DNA from: Geopsychrobacteraceae bacterium
GTDB taxonomy: Bacteria > Desulfobacterota > Desulfuromonadia > Desulfuromonadales > Geopsychrobacteraceae
Direction: 5' to 3'
NCBI GenBank assembly: GCA_963662315.1
Contig: OY759353.1
Span: forward strand, 3,424,001-3,488,000
Length of the DNA stretch: 64,000 nt
Below are positions 1-9,611 of this stretch, piece after piece. The notes beneath the pieces were generated by a model. The model did not search any database, had not been told where the DNA came from, and saw nothing but the letters and a program-made list of their open reading frames with translations. A program made the position numbers and the translations under genes. Numbering within the stretch: position 1 is the stretch's first letter; the number at the start of each line of letters is the position of its first letter.

Positions 1-101
1 TGCCGTCGGCTAGTACTTTAATGACATCACATAGATGTGATGCTAGGATTCTACGTACAGGGGACTTTCACCCCATAAAATCACGCCCATGACGGGCGTA
101 C
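1..101 (-). mobile_element. 5' end (domain I start) of a group IIC-attC intron; the rest lies left of the window
   Basis: Minus strand from 101 reads GTACGCCCGTCATGGGCGTGATTTTATGGGGTGAAAGTCCCC...AGTACTAGCCGACGGCA, which resembles class C intron 5' ends (GUGYGCCCG.CAUGGG...GGGUGARAGUCCC). It is preceded by the 5' exon TGGT (IBS1 consensus TTGT), inside the R'' box of an attC site. Confidence 0.85.
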
Positions 102-170
102 ACCAGGCAAATCAACTCGGATGCAAATTCCGCTGCGCTCCCTTTGCACCGGTTATTTGCAACGTTATCC
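102..170 (+). other. attC recombination site, with R'' interrupted by the intron
   Basis: (TA|)AC, 5-nt spacer CAGGC, L'' AAATCAAC (109-116) pairing with L' GTTATTT (152-158) with one extrahelical base, inner stems CGG/CCG and TGCAAA/TTTGCA, 5-nt spacer GCAAC, R' GTTATCC (164-170). Confidence 0.88.
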
Positions 171-206
171 GTATCGGTATAGACTGACGCAAGGAGAAAG
201 TTCTTA

Positions 207-926
207 ATGCAGACGCAGATATTGCAAGACGGAGCCGACTCATTCGAAGTCTCGGTTTACGAAGCCGCGAGTGGTTCCCCGGTGGCGCTTTTCGCAGTAG
301 GATCGGGTGGCCAGCCGGAACGTCACACCTCTCTTTTGGAGGCACTGGCTAAATCTGGTTTCACGGTCGTTGCACCACACTTCGAGCGGCTTACCTCTCC
401 GAAACCTAGCGAAACAGACTTGATGCTTCGGGCAAGGCGTTTATCTCTCGCGCTCGACGCATTCGTTCAACCCGGCGCAACAGCTGTGGGTATTGGGCAC
501 TCTATCGGCGCAACGACCCTTATTGCTCTGGCGGGAGGGCAAATGTGGTTAGGGCCTGGCTGTCTCGTCAATATCACTCCGGATAGCCGATTGACCCGGC
601 TCACCCTATTGGCGCCACCCACCGGTTTTTTCCAGGCTCCTGGTGCACTTGATGCGGTAAGGGTTCCAATTTTCGCATGGGTGGGTTCCGAAGATAGCAT
701 CACTCCTCCTGCCCAAACTGAATGGTTGGCTCATGCCATGTGTGATAGGCAAATGGTCGATGTTCGCATCACCGAAGGCGCGGGCCATTTCTCGTTCATG
801 GATCAGCCTCCGCCGCAAACCACGGAGCCGTTGCAAAACAAGCTGGCATTTCTTGCTGAGTATTCAAGTGAGGTTTGTAAGTTTTTGGTGGGCGAAGGAG
901 CACGGTCCATGGTGAACGGCAAATGA
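207..926 (+). CDS. Alpha/beta hydrolase (gene cassette)
   Basis: GHSIG nucleophile elbow, GSED acid and GAGHFSF histidine motifs. Starts 36 nt after the attC R' box. Confidence 0.85.
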   Translation: MQTQILQDGADSFEVSVYEAASGSPVALFAVGSGGQPERHTSLLEALAKSGFTVVAPHFERLTSPKPSETDLMLRARRLSLALDAFVQPGATAVGIGHSIGATTLIALAGGQMWLGPGCLVNITPDSRLTRLTLLAPPTGFFQAPGALDAVRVPIFAWVGSEDSITPPAQTEWLAHAMCDRQMVDVRITEGAGHFSFMDQPPPQTTEPLQNKLAFLAEYSSEVCKFLVGEGARSMVNGK

Positions 927-934
927 CAAGTGAC

Positions 935-1031
935 ACGGATCATCAGCCGACGCTCGTACCTCGTGCGGCTGATGGCAGCCATTTTTTGCACGAACTATTT
1001 AGCGTAGGTTTTTCCTACAGACTCGTTAGGC
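935..1031 (+). other. Degenerate attC site
   Basis: ACGGATCAT is a damaged complement of the cassette start GTTATCCGT. A CATCAGCCG/CGGCTGATG stem follows, and R' GTTAGGC lies at 1025-1031. Confidence 0.55.
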
Positions 1032-1037
1032 CTCTGA

Positions 1038-1637
1038 ATGATTAAGAAGCTCCTACATAATGCTTTAACCCTTTTAGCCGGGCTCACAATTGGCTATTCC
1101 ATTATGGAATTCAAGGTTGCTTTGAGTCTCGGAGAATCAGTACTTTCTTTCATTGTAAATAAGGCAACTGGTGACATCCTGCTTTCACTGACCGGAAACC
1201 AAAAACTGAACGACTACATTTTCATTGCAATCTACCATTTAATTATTTTTTCACCTTTTTTAATTTTTTGCGCCGTTGTTTCATCAATAATTATCTGTAA
1301 GATTGAGAAGAAAAGGTTATTTGCATACTCTATACTAACGTGGCCCATATTTTTGTTAGTTTCAAGATTCATCATCGTAGAGTACTTACGCTCTTATAAT
1401 AAGAAGAATAGTTATATTTTAGCCCAATTATTGTCAGTTAGAGCAGCAGATGTTTCTTTTGAAATATTCTTAATTTATAGCTACTTTTTTACATACATGA
1501 CTCTTTCATATAAGCTTTTTAACAGAATAATGAATAGGCCTAACAAGCTAATATCTTTAGATAAATCAAGCGATCAACCCGATGGAACGAAGGCGGCCGA
1601 AATTCGCAAGAAGTTTACGGGATTGAAACGCCACTGA
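1038..1637 (+). CDS. AT-rich membrane protein of unknown function (gene cassette)
   Basis: 199-aa ORF with several hydrophobic segments, visibly AT-rich. Starts just after GTTAGGC and reads through into its own attC. Confidence 0.65.
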   Translation: MIKKLLHNALTLLAGLTIGYSIMEFKVALSLGESVLSFIVNKATGDILLSLTGNQKLNDYIFIAIYHLIIFSPFLIFCAVVSSIIICKIEKKRLFAYSILTWPIFLLVSRFIIVEYLRSYNKKNSYILAQLLSVRAADVSFEIFLIYSYFFTYMTLSYKLFNRIMNRPNKLISLDKSSDQPDGTKAAEIRKKFTGLKRH

Positions 1638-1661
1638 GCTGCTGGTTATTTAACGTTATGG
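1538..1661 (+). other. attC-like site, partly degenerate
   Basis: R'' GCCTAAC (1538-1544) is the exact complement of this cassette's start GTTAGGC. The site ends GGTTATTTAAC-GTTATGG (R' 1655-1661). Central pairing is poor. Confidence 0.6.
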
Positions 1662-1702
1662 CAGAGCGACAGAATTTATCTTTGACGAACAAGTGGGTTT
1701 GC

Positions 1703-1790
1703 ATGAATGTGATTTATCTTCTCACATATCCAACAGGAAAATTTACATCGGTCAGGATCGGACCAATAGCATAAATTATTTTGCCATAAA
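1703..1790 (+). pseudogene. Truncated, frameshifted GIY-YIG nuclease-like cassette remnant
   Basis: ATG 1703 gives MNVIYLLTYPTGK. Adding one A in the A-run continues IYIGQDRTNSINYF (VIY...YIG). It ends at GCCATAAA, a near complement of the cassette start TTATGGC. Confidence 0.6.
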
Positions 1791-1943
1791 ATCAAAACAC
1801 ATCGATATCATTGACTTATTGCACTAAAACATAACCCTTCTCTGTCCCCCAAGATGCGACGACCAGCAGGGTCTATCCTTTCGAGCTACAAGCGTTCCTA
1901 CCCCTCTCTCGCCAGGTTACCGGGTGATCCCGCCTATCTGATC

Positions 1944-1978
1944 GACACTTTGTTACAATTCCAGACAATCTTTCGACA
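1944..1978 (+). promoter_or_regulatory. OmpR/RstA-type direct-repeat operator
   Basis: GACA/TACA/GACA/GACA at 1944, 1954, 1964 and 1975 (10-11 bp period). GACACTTTGTTACA resembles the RstA box TACATNTNGTTACA. Confidence 0.55.
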
Positions 1979-2053
1979 GGATTTATTATTCATATCCGGC
2001 ACAATTCTGAGTGTGTCAGTAGATTAAGGATATTTTTCAGGAGGATAGGGATA

Positions 2054-3136
2054 ATGCGTTTACTCAGGGTTGGTTGTGTCAAAAAAGCTGGAGAGATGTC
2101 ATTCGTGGCCCAGTCGTATCGGTTTGCCCACAGATTTATGGGCCGGTTGTTGGTTGCGCTCCTGTTGAGCTGTCTGAGCGGTGTCTCTGCGCAGGCTACG
2201 GAGCAGGAGGATAAGGCGGTCTCCGGGTTTCATGGTTTTATAATGATCGGCGGGGGGGCGATTTATTCGCAATCCAGTAATACCAATAAAAAAATTGAGT
2301 CCCTGAATGATTCAGGCAAGGGGGAAACCAAAGCCATTCCTGTGCTGATGTTGAATCTGGGTTACACCTTTGCTCACAATAACAGTGCTACGTCCCTGTG
2401 GATTGGCACGGGGGCGGACATGTCGGCTGACGACATGTCCGGTTTTTCTGTCGGTCTGAGCCAGAGCTTTCCCGACAGCACAACGATTGCCCTGACCTAT
2501 ACGCCAGCTATTGCAAAGGACGAAGACTGGAAAGATCCATTTCTGGTCGGAGTCAAGCGGAGCGAAACCGATACCAGTGAACAATCGCTCGCTATTGAAA
2601 TTTCGTCCATCCTGGGCACGCCATTGAGCCTGTCCTATTCTTTCAGCGCTATGGATATCGATGCAGAACAGTCCGGCATCAGTCTGTTGGGATCCCGTTT
2701 GACTAGCGCCGATCTGAAAAAACTGCGGCGTCAGGGGCAAGAGCACAGTATCGAATTGACGTATGATATCCCCATGGGCGAGCGCATGTTGCTTAGTCCC
2801 ATGGCCTATTATGTCAGGGCTGAACTGGATGGCAGCGCCAATGCCTTTAACGGTTATGGCGGCGGTCTGGAGGTTAGCCTCGATCTGGGGCGTATTGGTG
2901 TGAAAGCGAATACCACCATCGGTACGGCTGATTTTGATGAACGACATCCGGTCTTTGATAAGACCCGTCACGATATGAGCCTGGGGACGAGTATCCAGGT
3001 GAGTTACTCTGAGTTGTTCGGTTACGATAGCCTGACCCTTAATCTTCTGGCCGGGTACGCCAAGCAGTACAGCAATATCGATTTTTATGAAGCTCAGGGA
3101 GCTTACGGCGGTATGGGCGTGGCCTGGTCCTTTTAA
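2054..3136 (+). CDS. Outer-membrane beta-barrel protein (DUF2860-like)
   Basis: Signal-peptide-like region, alternating beta-strand pattern, WKDPFLVGVKRSETD motif and C-terminal Phe. The start may be 2096 or 2138. Confidence 0.7.
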   Translation: MRLLRVGCVKKAGEMSFVAQSYRFAHRFMGRLLVALLLSCLSGVSAQATEQEDKAVSGFHGFIMIGGGAIYSQSSNTNKKIESLNDSGKGETKAIPVLMLNLGYTFAHNNSATSLWIGTGADMSADDMSGFSVGLSQSFPDSTTIALTYTPAIAKDEDWKDPFLVGVKRSETDTSEQSLAIEISSILGTPLSLSYSFSAMDIDAEQSGISLLGSRLTSADLKKLRRQGQEHSIELTYDIPMGERMLLSPMAYYVRAELDGSANAFNGYGGGLEVSLDLGRIGVKANTTIGTADFDERHPVFDKTRHDMSLGTSIQVSYSELFGYDSLTLNLLAGYAKQYSNIDFYEAQGAYGGMGVAWSF

Positions 3137-3168
3137 GAGCGCTGATCCTTACAGGGGAGTGGATTATC

Positions 3169-4575
3169 ATGGCGAAGGTCGTCCTCTTATGCCTGATTTG
3201 GACGGGGCTGCTGTACGGTTGCTCAGCGGTAACTCCTTATGCTGAGCAGCCCCTCCACGTTGATGTCCCGGAGCAATGGCAGGCGGAGGGCACGGTTGAT
3301 GCCGCTATCAGCCGTGAGCCGACGGCCTGGCTGCACGATTTTGACAGTGTCGCCCTGCACAACTTTGTTGCTGTGGTGTTGGCCAATAATATCGATATCA
3401 AGACTGCAGCGGCCCGCATGGAACTCTCCCGCCAGGCTTTGGAGATCAGTTCCGGCCAGCGTTGGCCGCAGTTGACAGTGGATTTGAAACAAGAAAAAAC
3501 GCATTCAGAAAAAAACGGTGACAGTTTCCATGAGCAGACCCTTTCTGTTCTGGCCAGTGTGACTTGGGAACTCGATCTGTGGGGGCGCCTGGCGGATCTG
3601 GTGAGAGCCGATGGTGCCGACTATCGGGCCGCAGCCCATGATTTTCAGAGTGTCAGACTCTCCTTTGTGGCCCAGACGGTCAGGGCTTGGTTGCGCAGTG
3701 TTGCTGCTGGACGCTCCCTGTCCCTGGTTCAGCAGACCTGCGCTTCCCTGCAGGTTAGTGAAGAGCATCAGCAGCGTTACTATGAGCGCGGTCTGATTCA
3801 GGCTGAGGATGTTCGGCAGCTTCGTGATGAGCGCCTGCGTTGTGAAGAACAATTGAGTGAGCTGGCGCGGCGTCAGCGCGAGGAGCTGCGCCAGCTGCAA
3901 TTGCTGGCTGGTGTGTATCCTGCGGCAAACCTGCTTACCGATCAGGAACTGCCTCTGATCGATACGCAGATTCCGGCCGGTTTGCCGGCCACGCTGTTGG
4001 AACGACGACCAGATATTCTAGCGGCTAAGGAACGGATCGTGGCTCTAGACGCGCGGACACTTGCGGCGCAAAAAAAATTGTTGCCGACATTGAGTCTCAC
4101 CGCTTCGGGGGGGCTGGCCAGCAGTGATCTGCACAACCTGCTCCGGCATGGCGGCAGTACCTGGGATCTGGTTTCTAATCTGACCTTGCCCCTGTTTCAA
4201 GGAGGAGCCCTCAGAGGACAGATAGCGGTCAATTCCAGCCAGGCCCGCCTGGCTTGGCTCGATTATAAGAAAACGGTTCTCAATGCCTTTGCCGAAGTGG
4301 AAAGTGCTCTGGACAAGGAGCAGGATCTGTGTCGACGCGAACAGGGAAAACAGCGTGATCTCGCCCATGCTGTCAACCACGAACAGACCTTGTGGCAGCA
4401 TTATCTGAGTGGAGATGAAAGCTTGACGAGGGTTCTGGCGGCGCGGCGCCAGATACTAACCGACCGCCGTGATCTGCTGGAACTGAAAACCGAGCGCTTG
4501 CTTAACCGGGTCCAGCTGCACCTGGCTTTAGGTGGTTCTTTCTCCGTTTCCCAAGAACTAATCAGTAGAATATAG
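3169..4575 (+). CDS. Efflux outer-membrane lipoprotein (NodT/TolC family)
   Basis: Lipobox LYGC, WELDLWGRL, PATLLERRPDI and LHLALGG motifs. Confidence 0.92.
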   Translation: MAKVVLLCLIWTGLLYGCSAVTPYAEQPLHVDVPEQWQAEGTVDAAISREPTAWLHDFDSVALHNFVAVVLANNIDIKTAAARMELSRQALEISSGQRWPQLTVDLKQEKTHSEKNGDSFHEQTLSVLASVTWELDLWGRLADLVRADGADYRAAAHDFQSVRLSFVAQTVRAWLRSVAAGRSLSLVQQTCASLQVSEEHQQRYYERGLIQAEDVRQLRDERLRCEEQLSELARRQREELRQLQLLAGVYPAANLLTDQELPLIDTQIPAGLPATLLERRPDILAAKERIVALDARTLAAQKKLLPTLSLTASGGLASSDLHNLLRHGGSTWDLVSNLTLPLFQGGALRGQIAVNSSQARLAWLDYKKTVLNAFAEVESALDKEQDLCRREQGKQRDLAHAVNHEQTLWQHYLSGDESLTRVLAARRQILTDRRDLLELKTERLLNRVQLHLALGGSFSVSQELISRI

Positions 4576-4580
4576 ATGAT

Positions 4581-5777
4581 ATGAAAATCAGCTTAGCTTT
4601 CTTTTCACAAAACCATACACGCTTCTGGCAACTGCTTTTGCCTCTGCTGTTCACGGTTCTGACCCTGGTTATTGCCGCAGGATTTCTGTTCCGCACTGAG
4701 GATGAGCCGCCCCGGAAAATAGTACAGTCCTCCCAGCCGGTTGTGGTTACCGGGATGACCGTTACTCAGTCCGCAGAACCGCCTCCCCTGCGCCTGCATG
4801 GTACGGTAACACCCCGTTACCGGCTGCAGCTGAGTACCGAGGTCAGTGGCAAGGTGGTATTCCTCAATCGAAAATTCGTGGTCGGGGGGTATGTCAAGGC
4901 TGGCGAGCTCCTGATCGGTTTGGATGACAGCTCCTACCGCTATGAGCTGACCGCTCTCAAGGCTGAGCTGGCCAGCGCTGATCTTGAGCTGCAACGGGAA
5001 ATGGAGCGGGCCAGCCTGGCGGCCAGGGACTGGCGGGAGTTCGGCCATGGTATTGCTCCTCCTTTGGTGTTGCGCACGCCGCAATTGGCGGCCGCCAGAG
5101 CCACTTTCGAAAAAGCCGAGGCTGACTTGAAAAGGGCCACTCTGGAACAGCAGAAAACTGCGATCCGAGCACCTTTTGACGCGCTGGTGGTGGGTCTGAC
5201 CGTCAGTCCTGGAAGTGTTGTCAGTGCCGGGGCACCGGTGGCGGAACTGTTCAGTACCTCCAGTGCCGAAATTCGTCTGCCCGTGTCTCCTCAACAGGCA
5301 GCCTTGATCCGTTTGCCCGCAGCAGGTGAGCAGGAGGCGGTGACTATCAGCTGGAAACAGGGGACAAGACCCATGCTGCGCCAGGGCTATCTTGTACGTA
5401 GCGAAGGTTTTTTTGACCCGCACTCAAGGTTCACTCATGCCCTGGTTGAAGTGCCTGACCCCTATGCTTTGCAAGGGGCTGAGACAGCACTGGCTATGGG
5501 GCGTTTTGTCGAGGTGGCTCTTCCCTTGGTTTCTTTGACCGGCGCGGTTCAGTTGCCGGAGACCGCTCTGGTTGACGAGCACCATATTCTGCGAGTCAAC
5601 AGCTATCAGCAGCTCGAATATGTGCCAGTGACTCTGGTACATCGCTATGGTGATTCCATTGTCGTGACCGGAGCGTTGAAGGCCGGAGACACCATTGTCA
5701 GCGTGCCCCCGGCCTATCCGGTGGCAGGGATGAAGGTCCGGGTTGTGCCTGCAGAAAAGGACCCGTCTCATGGCTGA
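4581..5777 (+). CDS. RND efflux periplasmic adaptor (MFP)
   Basis: N-terminal TM segment, lipoyl-like halves (EVSGKV, IRAPFD) flanking a coiled-coil hairpin. Confidence 0.9.
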   Translation: MKISLAFFSQNHTRFWQLLLPLLFTVLTLVIAAGFLFRTEDEPPRKIVQSSQPVVVTGMTVTQSAEPPPLRLHGTVTPRYRLQLSTEVSGKVVFLNRKFVVGGYVKAGELLIGLDDSSYRYELTALKAELASADLELQREMERASLAARDWREFGHGIAPPLVLRTPQLAAARATFEKAEADLKRATLEQQKTAIRAPFDALVVGLTVSPGSVVSAGAPVAELFSTSSAEIRLPVSPQQAALIRLPAAGEQEAVTISWKQGTRPMLRQGYLVRSEGFFDPHSRFTHALVEVPDPYALQGAETALAMGRFVEVALPLVSLTGAVQLPETALVDEHHILRVNSYQQLEYVPVTLVHRYGDSIVVTGALKAGDTIVSVPPAYPVAGMKVRVVPAEKDPSHG

Positions 5778-8700
5778 GTGCAACACTCACGGAGGACTCA
5801 TCGGCTGGTTTGTCCATAATCCAGTGGCGGCCAACCTTATCATGTTGACCCTGTTGATTGCCGGGAGCTGCAGCCTCCTCAATATCAAGAAAGAGATTTA
5901 TCCTGATACTAAAAGCGATGTGATCGAGGTCTCCATTGGCTATCCGGGAGCTGCTCCCGAGGATGTCGAACAGGGGGTGGTGCGCCAGGTCGAAGAAGTC
6001 CTGCAGGGGGTGGAAGGGGTGAAAAACCTGCTGGCAACGGCGGCACCGGAGGAGGGACGTTTTTCTCTGGTGTTACTACCCCATACCGATCCGGTTGCTT
6101 TAATGGATGCGGTGCGACAACGGATTGCAACCATCGATTCCTTTCCCGAGGCGGTTGAAACACCTCAGATTCGCCAGGCTGTTGAGCGCAATGAACTGCT
6201 CTGGTTGATTCTCCATGGTCCTCTGGAGCAGCAGGGTATGGGGCGCTTGGCGGAAGAGATCAAGGGGGACGTGGCCCAACTGTCTGGGGCCGGACTGATC
6301 GAGATCCATGGGCGGCAGCAGGAAGATCTGCACATTGAGGTCGCTCCTTCCGTCCTGGTTGAATATGATCTGACGCTGACCCAGATTGCTGCCGCGCTGC
6401 GGAATCAGTCCCTGGACCTGCCCGGCGGAGCTATCGACTCGGACAGCGGCAGTATCCTGCTACGGTCTCTGGGGAAGGCCTTCACCAGGTCTGACTTCGA
6501 GGATTTGATTATCCGTAGCCATGAAGATGGCAGCCAACTGCGTCTGGGCGATGTGGCCCGGGTCAGCAACCGCAGTGATGGTCATAACTTTCTCTTTTTC
6601 AACAATGAGCAGGCTATTGCTCTGCAGGTTTTTGCCAGTGACAACGCCAATCCTGTTGAGCTGGCCAATCGTATCAAGGAGTATCTCAAGGCCCGGTCCC
6701 TACCTCACGGTGTCGCTCTGGAAGTTGTGGTGGACATGGCTGTACATCTGAACAACCGTATGGAACTGATGCTGAAGAACATGCTCTTTGGCACCTTGCT
6801 GGTGTTCGGGGTGCTGGCTTTGTTTTTACGGATCCGCATCGCTTTTTGGGTTATGCTCGGACTTCCGGTCTGTTTTCTCGGGACTTTGTGGTTAATGCCG
6901 ATGCTCGGGGTTTCCATCAATATGCTGACTCTCTATGGTTTTATTCTGGTCCTGGGGATTTTGGTGGATGATGCCATTGTCATCGGTGAGAGTATTTGCA
7001 CCGCCATCGACAGCAGTGGTGGCGGAGAAGCTACCGTGATCCAAGGTGCTCGAGCTGTCGCGACGCCGGCTACTTATGGGGTCCTGACCACGGTGGTAGC
7101 GTTTATCCCCCTGTTAATCATTCCGGGGGAAGATGGACCATTGTGGGCCGGAATCGCTTACGTGGTCATCATGTCTCTGCTGCTATCCCTGTTTGAGTCA
7201 AAATTTCTATTACCGGTTCATTTGCGTCATATCGGTCCCTCTGCCGGTCATGGTCAGTGTCGCGGTCTGGCGTGGCTGCGGTTACGGTTGCAGCAACTTA
7301 TAGACAGTTTTCTGGAGCGCTGCTATCGGCCCCTGTTAACGCTCTTTATCACCTATCGCTACGCAACCCTGGCAGCCTGTGGCGGGATCCTGCTCATTAC
7401 CCTGGTGGCTCTGCAGACCGGGGTGATCCGCTGGATATTTTTCCCCCGCATCGATACCGGTGTCGTGCTCGTTACCCTGCAGTTGGATGAAAGGGTGGCC
7501 GGGGGCCGGCTGGAACAGCTCAGTCGTCAACTGGAGCAGTTGGCGGTCGCGGTCAACGCCAGCTTTTTGGCCGCAGGGGAAAAGACTGCGCCGCTGGGCA
7601 AGAGGATTGCCTATAGCGAGTCTGAGCATAATGCCCAGTTCTATGTTGAATTGAGTCCGTCTGCCCAGCGCCATGTTACCCCAGCGCAAATCATTCAACG
7701 CTGGCAGCGGGCAGCTCAGGAAATTGCCAGTCTGCCGGAAGTCACTCAGTTCGTCTTTAGCACCCCGACGGAGAGTGATGAAGAGGCGGCTGTCAGTTTT
7801 GATATTACTGGTAGGCAGCTGATCGCTGTCGACGAAGTGGTGGATAGGCTGAAACAGGCCTTGGCCGGATATCAGGGGGTCTACAATATTAGGGACAGTC
7901 GTCATCAGCGGCAGCCGGAAATCCAGATATCATTGCAGCCGGGAGCCAGTCAGCTGGGAGTAACCCTGGAGGATGTGGCGACTCAGGTGCGTGAGTCCTT
8001 TCATGGCATCGTAGTCCAATCCTTGCAACAGGGCGATAGCAGTGTCGATGTGGTGGTGCTCTCCCCCTGGCAGCAGCGGAGGCACCTTGCTGATCTGGAA
8101 GCGTTGACCATCGTCACTGCCGGGGGCGAACGCCTGCCTTTGACAGCGGTTGCACGCCTTCAGGAAGCTCAGGGCGCGATACGCATAGAGCGCAAAAACG
8201 GTCGCCGTGTGATCACCCTCAAGGCCGCCGTTGATGACCAGATGACAGATGCCGAAGAGATCATGGATGAGCTCCTGGCGACCGTGGGAAATGAACTGCA
8301 GGCTAACTATCCGGGGGTACAGATCTCCGTCAGTGGCGCAGCGCAGGAAGAGCAGCACGTGTTGCAGGCGATAATCATGTCGAGCTTGCTTGCCCTGCTG
8401 GCTATTTATGCTCTGATGGCAGTGCCGCTGAAATCCTACCTGCAGCCCCTAATGATTATGATGTCCATCCCTTTTGGTATGGTCGGTGCTGTCCTCGGCC
8501 ATCTGCTTCTGGACCTTCCGATCAGCATTCTGTCCCTGTGCGGCTGTATCGCTCTGGCTGGTGTGGTGGTCAACGATGCTCTGGTGCTGATCACGAGCAT
8601 CAATGCCAACAGCAACCATTGTACCGATCTCTGTGAGGTCCTGCGTGTGGCCGGCTGCAGCCGTTTCCGGGCTATTCTGCTGACCTCCCTGACCACCTTC

Positions 8701-8901
8701 TGCGGACTGCTTCCCATGGTCATGGAGCGCAGCCTACAGGCGCAGTTTCTTATTCCCATGGCGGTTTCCCTGGCGTTTGGAATTTTGTTCAGTACCTTGA
8801 TTACGCTCTTTTTAATCCCTGTACTTTATGTTTGCCTGGAGGATATAAAACAGCTTTGTTCGCGTCTCACGGAGACCAGCCCCGCAGGAGAACCTTTATG
8901 A
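5770..8901 (+). CDS. RND efflux permease (AcrB/AcrD/AcrF family)
   Basis: NPVAANL, GILVDDAIVIGE, GVVVND and RFRAILLTSLTT motifs; about 1040 aa. Confidence 0.95.
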   Translation: MAECNTHGGLIGWFVHNPVAANLIMLTLLIAGSCSLLNIKKEIYPDTKSDVIEVSIGYPGAAPEDVEQGVVRQVEEVLQGVEGVKNLLATAAPEEGRFSLVLLPHTDPVALMDAVRQRIATIDSFPEAVETPQIRQAVERNELLWLILHGPLEQQGMGRLAEEIKGDVAQLSGAGLIEIHGRQQEDLHIEVAPSVLVEYDLTLTQIAAALRNQSLDLPGGAIDSDSGSILLRSLGKAFTRSDFEDLIIRSHEDGSQLRLGDVARVSNRSDGHNFLFFNNEQAIALQVFASDNANPVELANRIKEYLKARSLPHGVALEVVVDMAVHLNNRMELMLKNMLFGTLLVFGVLALFLRIRIAFWVMLGLPVCFLGTLWLMPMLGVSINMLTLYGFILVLGILVDDAIVIGESICTAIDSSGGGEATVIQGARAVATPATYGVLTTVVAFIPLLIIPGEDGPLWAGIAYVVIMSLLLSLFESKFLLPVHLRHIGPSAGHGQCRGLAWLRLRLQQLIDSFLERCYRPLLTLFITYRYATLAACGGILLITLVALQTGVIRWIFFPRIDTGVVLVTLQLDERVAGGRLEQLSRQLEQLAVAVNASFLAAGEKTAPLGKRIAYSESEHNAQFYVELSPSAQRHVTPAQIIQRWQRAAQEIASLPEVTQFVFSTPTESDEEAAVSFDITGRQLIAVDEVVDRLKQALAGYQGVYNIRDSRHQRQPEIQISLQPGASQLGVTLEDVATQVRESFHGIVVQSLQQGDSSVDVVVLSPWQQRRHLADLEALTIVTAGGERLPLTAVARLQEAQGAIRIERKNGRRVITLKAAVDDQMTDAEEIMDELLATVGNELQANYPGVQISVSGAAQEEQHVLQAIIMSSLLALLAIYALMAVPLKSYLQPLMIMMSIPFGMVGAVLGHLLLDLPISILSLCGCIALAGVVVNDALVLITSINANSNHCTDLCEVLRVAGCSRFRAILLTSLTTFCGLLPMVMERSLQAQFLIPMAVSLAFGILFSTLITLFLIPVLYVCLEDIKQLCSRLTETSPAGEPL

Positions 8902-9611
8902 GCGAACCGATCCGCATCCTTATTGTAGAAGATGATACGAAACTTCTTAACCTGATCAGTGCCTACCTGACCAGCCAAGGTTTTTTGGTCAGTGGCGAAG
9001 CGCGCGGCGACCTGGCTCCCGAACGGATTCTTAATGAGGTTCCGGATCTGGTCATTCTCGATTTGATGCTGCCAGGGCTGGACGGTCTGTCGATTCTACG
9101 CTGCGTACGGGGCAGCTACCGCGAGCCCATTCTGATCATGACTGCCAGAGAGGATGATATGGACCATGTGGCTGGTCTGGAAGGGGGGGCCGATGATTAT
9201 GTTCAGAAGCCTATCGTCCCCAGGGTGCTTTTGGCTCGGATCCGTGCGGCCTTAAGGCGGAGTCGGTCAGCTGCACCAGTGGTTAATCAACCCGACCGGC
9301 TGTGCTTTGGAGATCTCTGTATTGAACCGGAAGCGCGGCGGGTTTGCCTGGATGAGGATGAAATCGAGCTGTCGACCAATGAGTTCGATGTCCTCTGCTA
9401 TCTGGCCCTCAACAGTGGCAAGATCATCAGTCGTGACGAACTATACCTGGAACTGAAGGGACACGGCTATGATGGTCTTGATCGCAGCATGGATATGATC
9501 ATTTCGCGTCTGCGCAAAAAATTTCTCGATGATACCAAGGCCCCGTACCGTATCAAGACTGTCTGGGGCAAGGGCTATCTGTTTGTGGCCGATGCCTGGG
9601 GAACGCCATGA
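8898..9611 (+). CDS. OmpR-family response regulator (RstA-like)
   Basis: IVEDD, LDLMLPG, GADDYVQKP and winged-helix IKTVWGKGY motifs. ATGA overlap with the RND stop. Confidence 0.92.
   Translation: MSEPIRILIVEDDTKLLNLISAYLTSQGFLVSGEARGDLAPERILNEVPDLVILDLMLPGLDGLSILRCVRGSYREPILIMTAREDDMDHVAGLEGGADDYVQKPIVPRVLLARIRAALRRSRSAAPVVNQPDRLCFGDLCIEPEARRVCLDEDEIELSTNEFDVLCYLALNSGKIISRDELYLELKGHGYDGLDRSMDMIISRLRKKFLDDTKAPYRIKTVWGKGYLFVADAWGTP

Noticed and set aside
2312..5423. Long antisense ORFs (2312-2971, 4605-5423)
   Set aside because: They are shadows of well-supported plus-strand genes and show no motifs.
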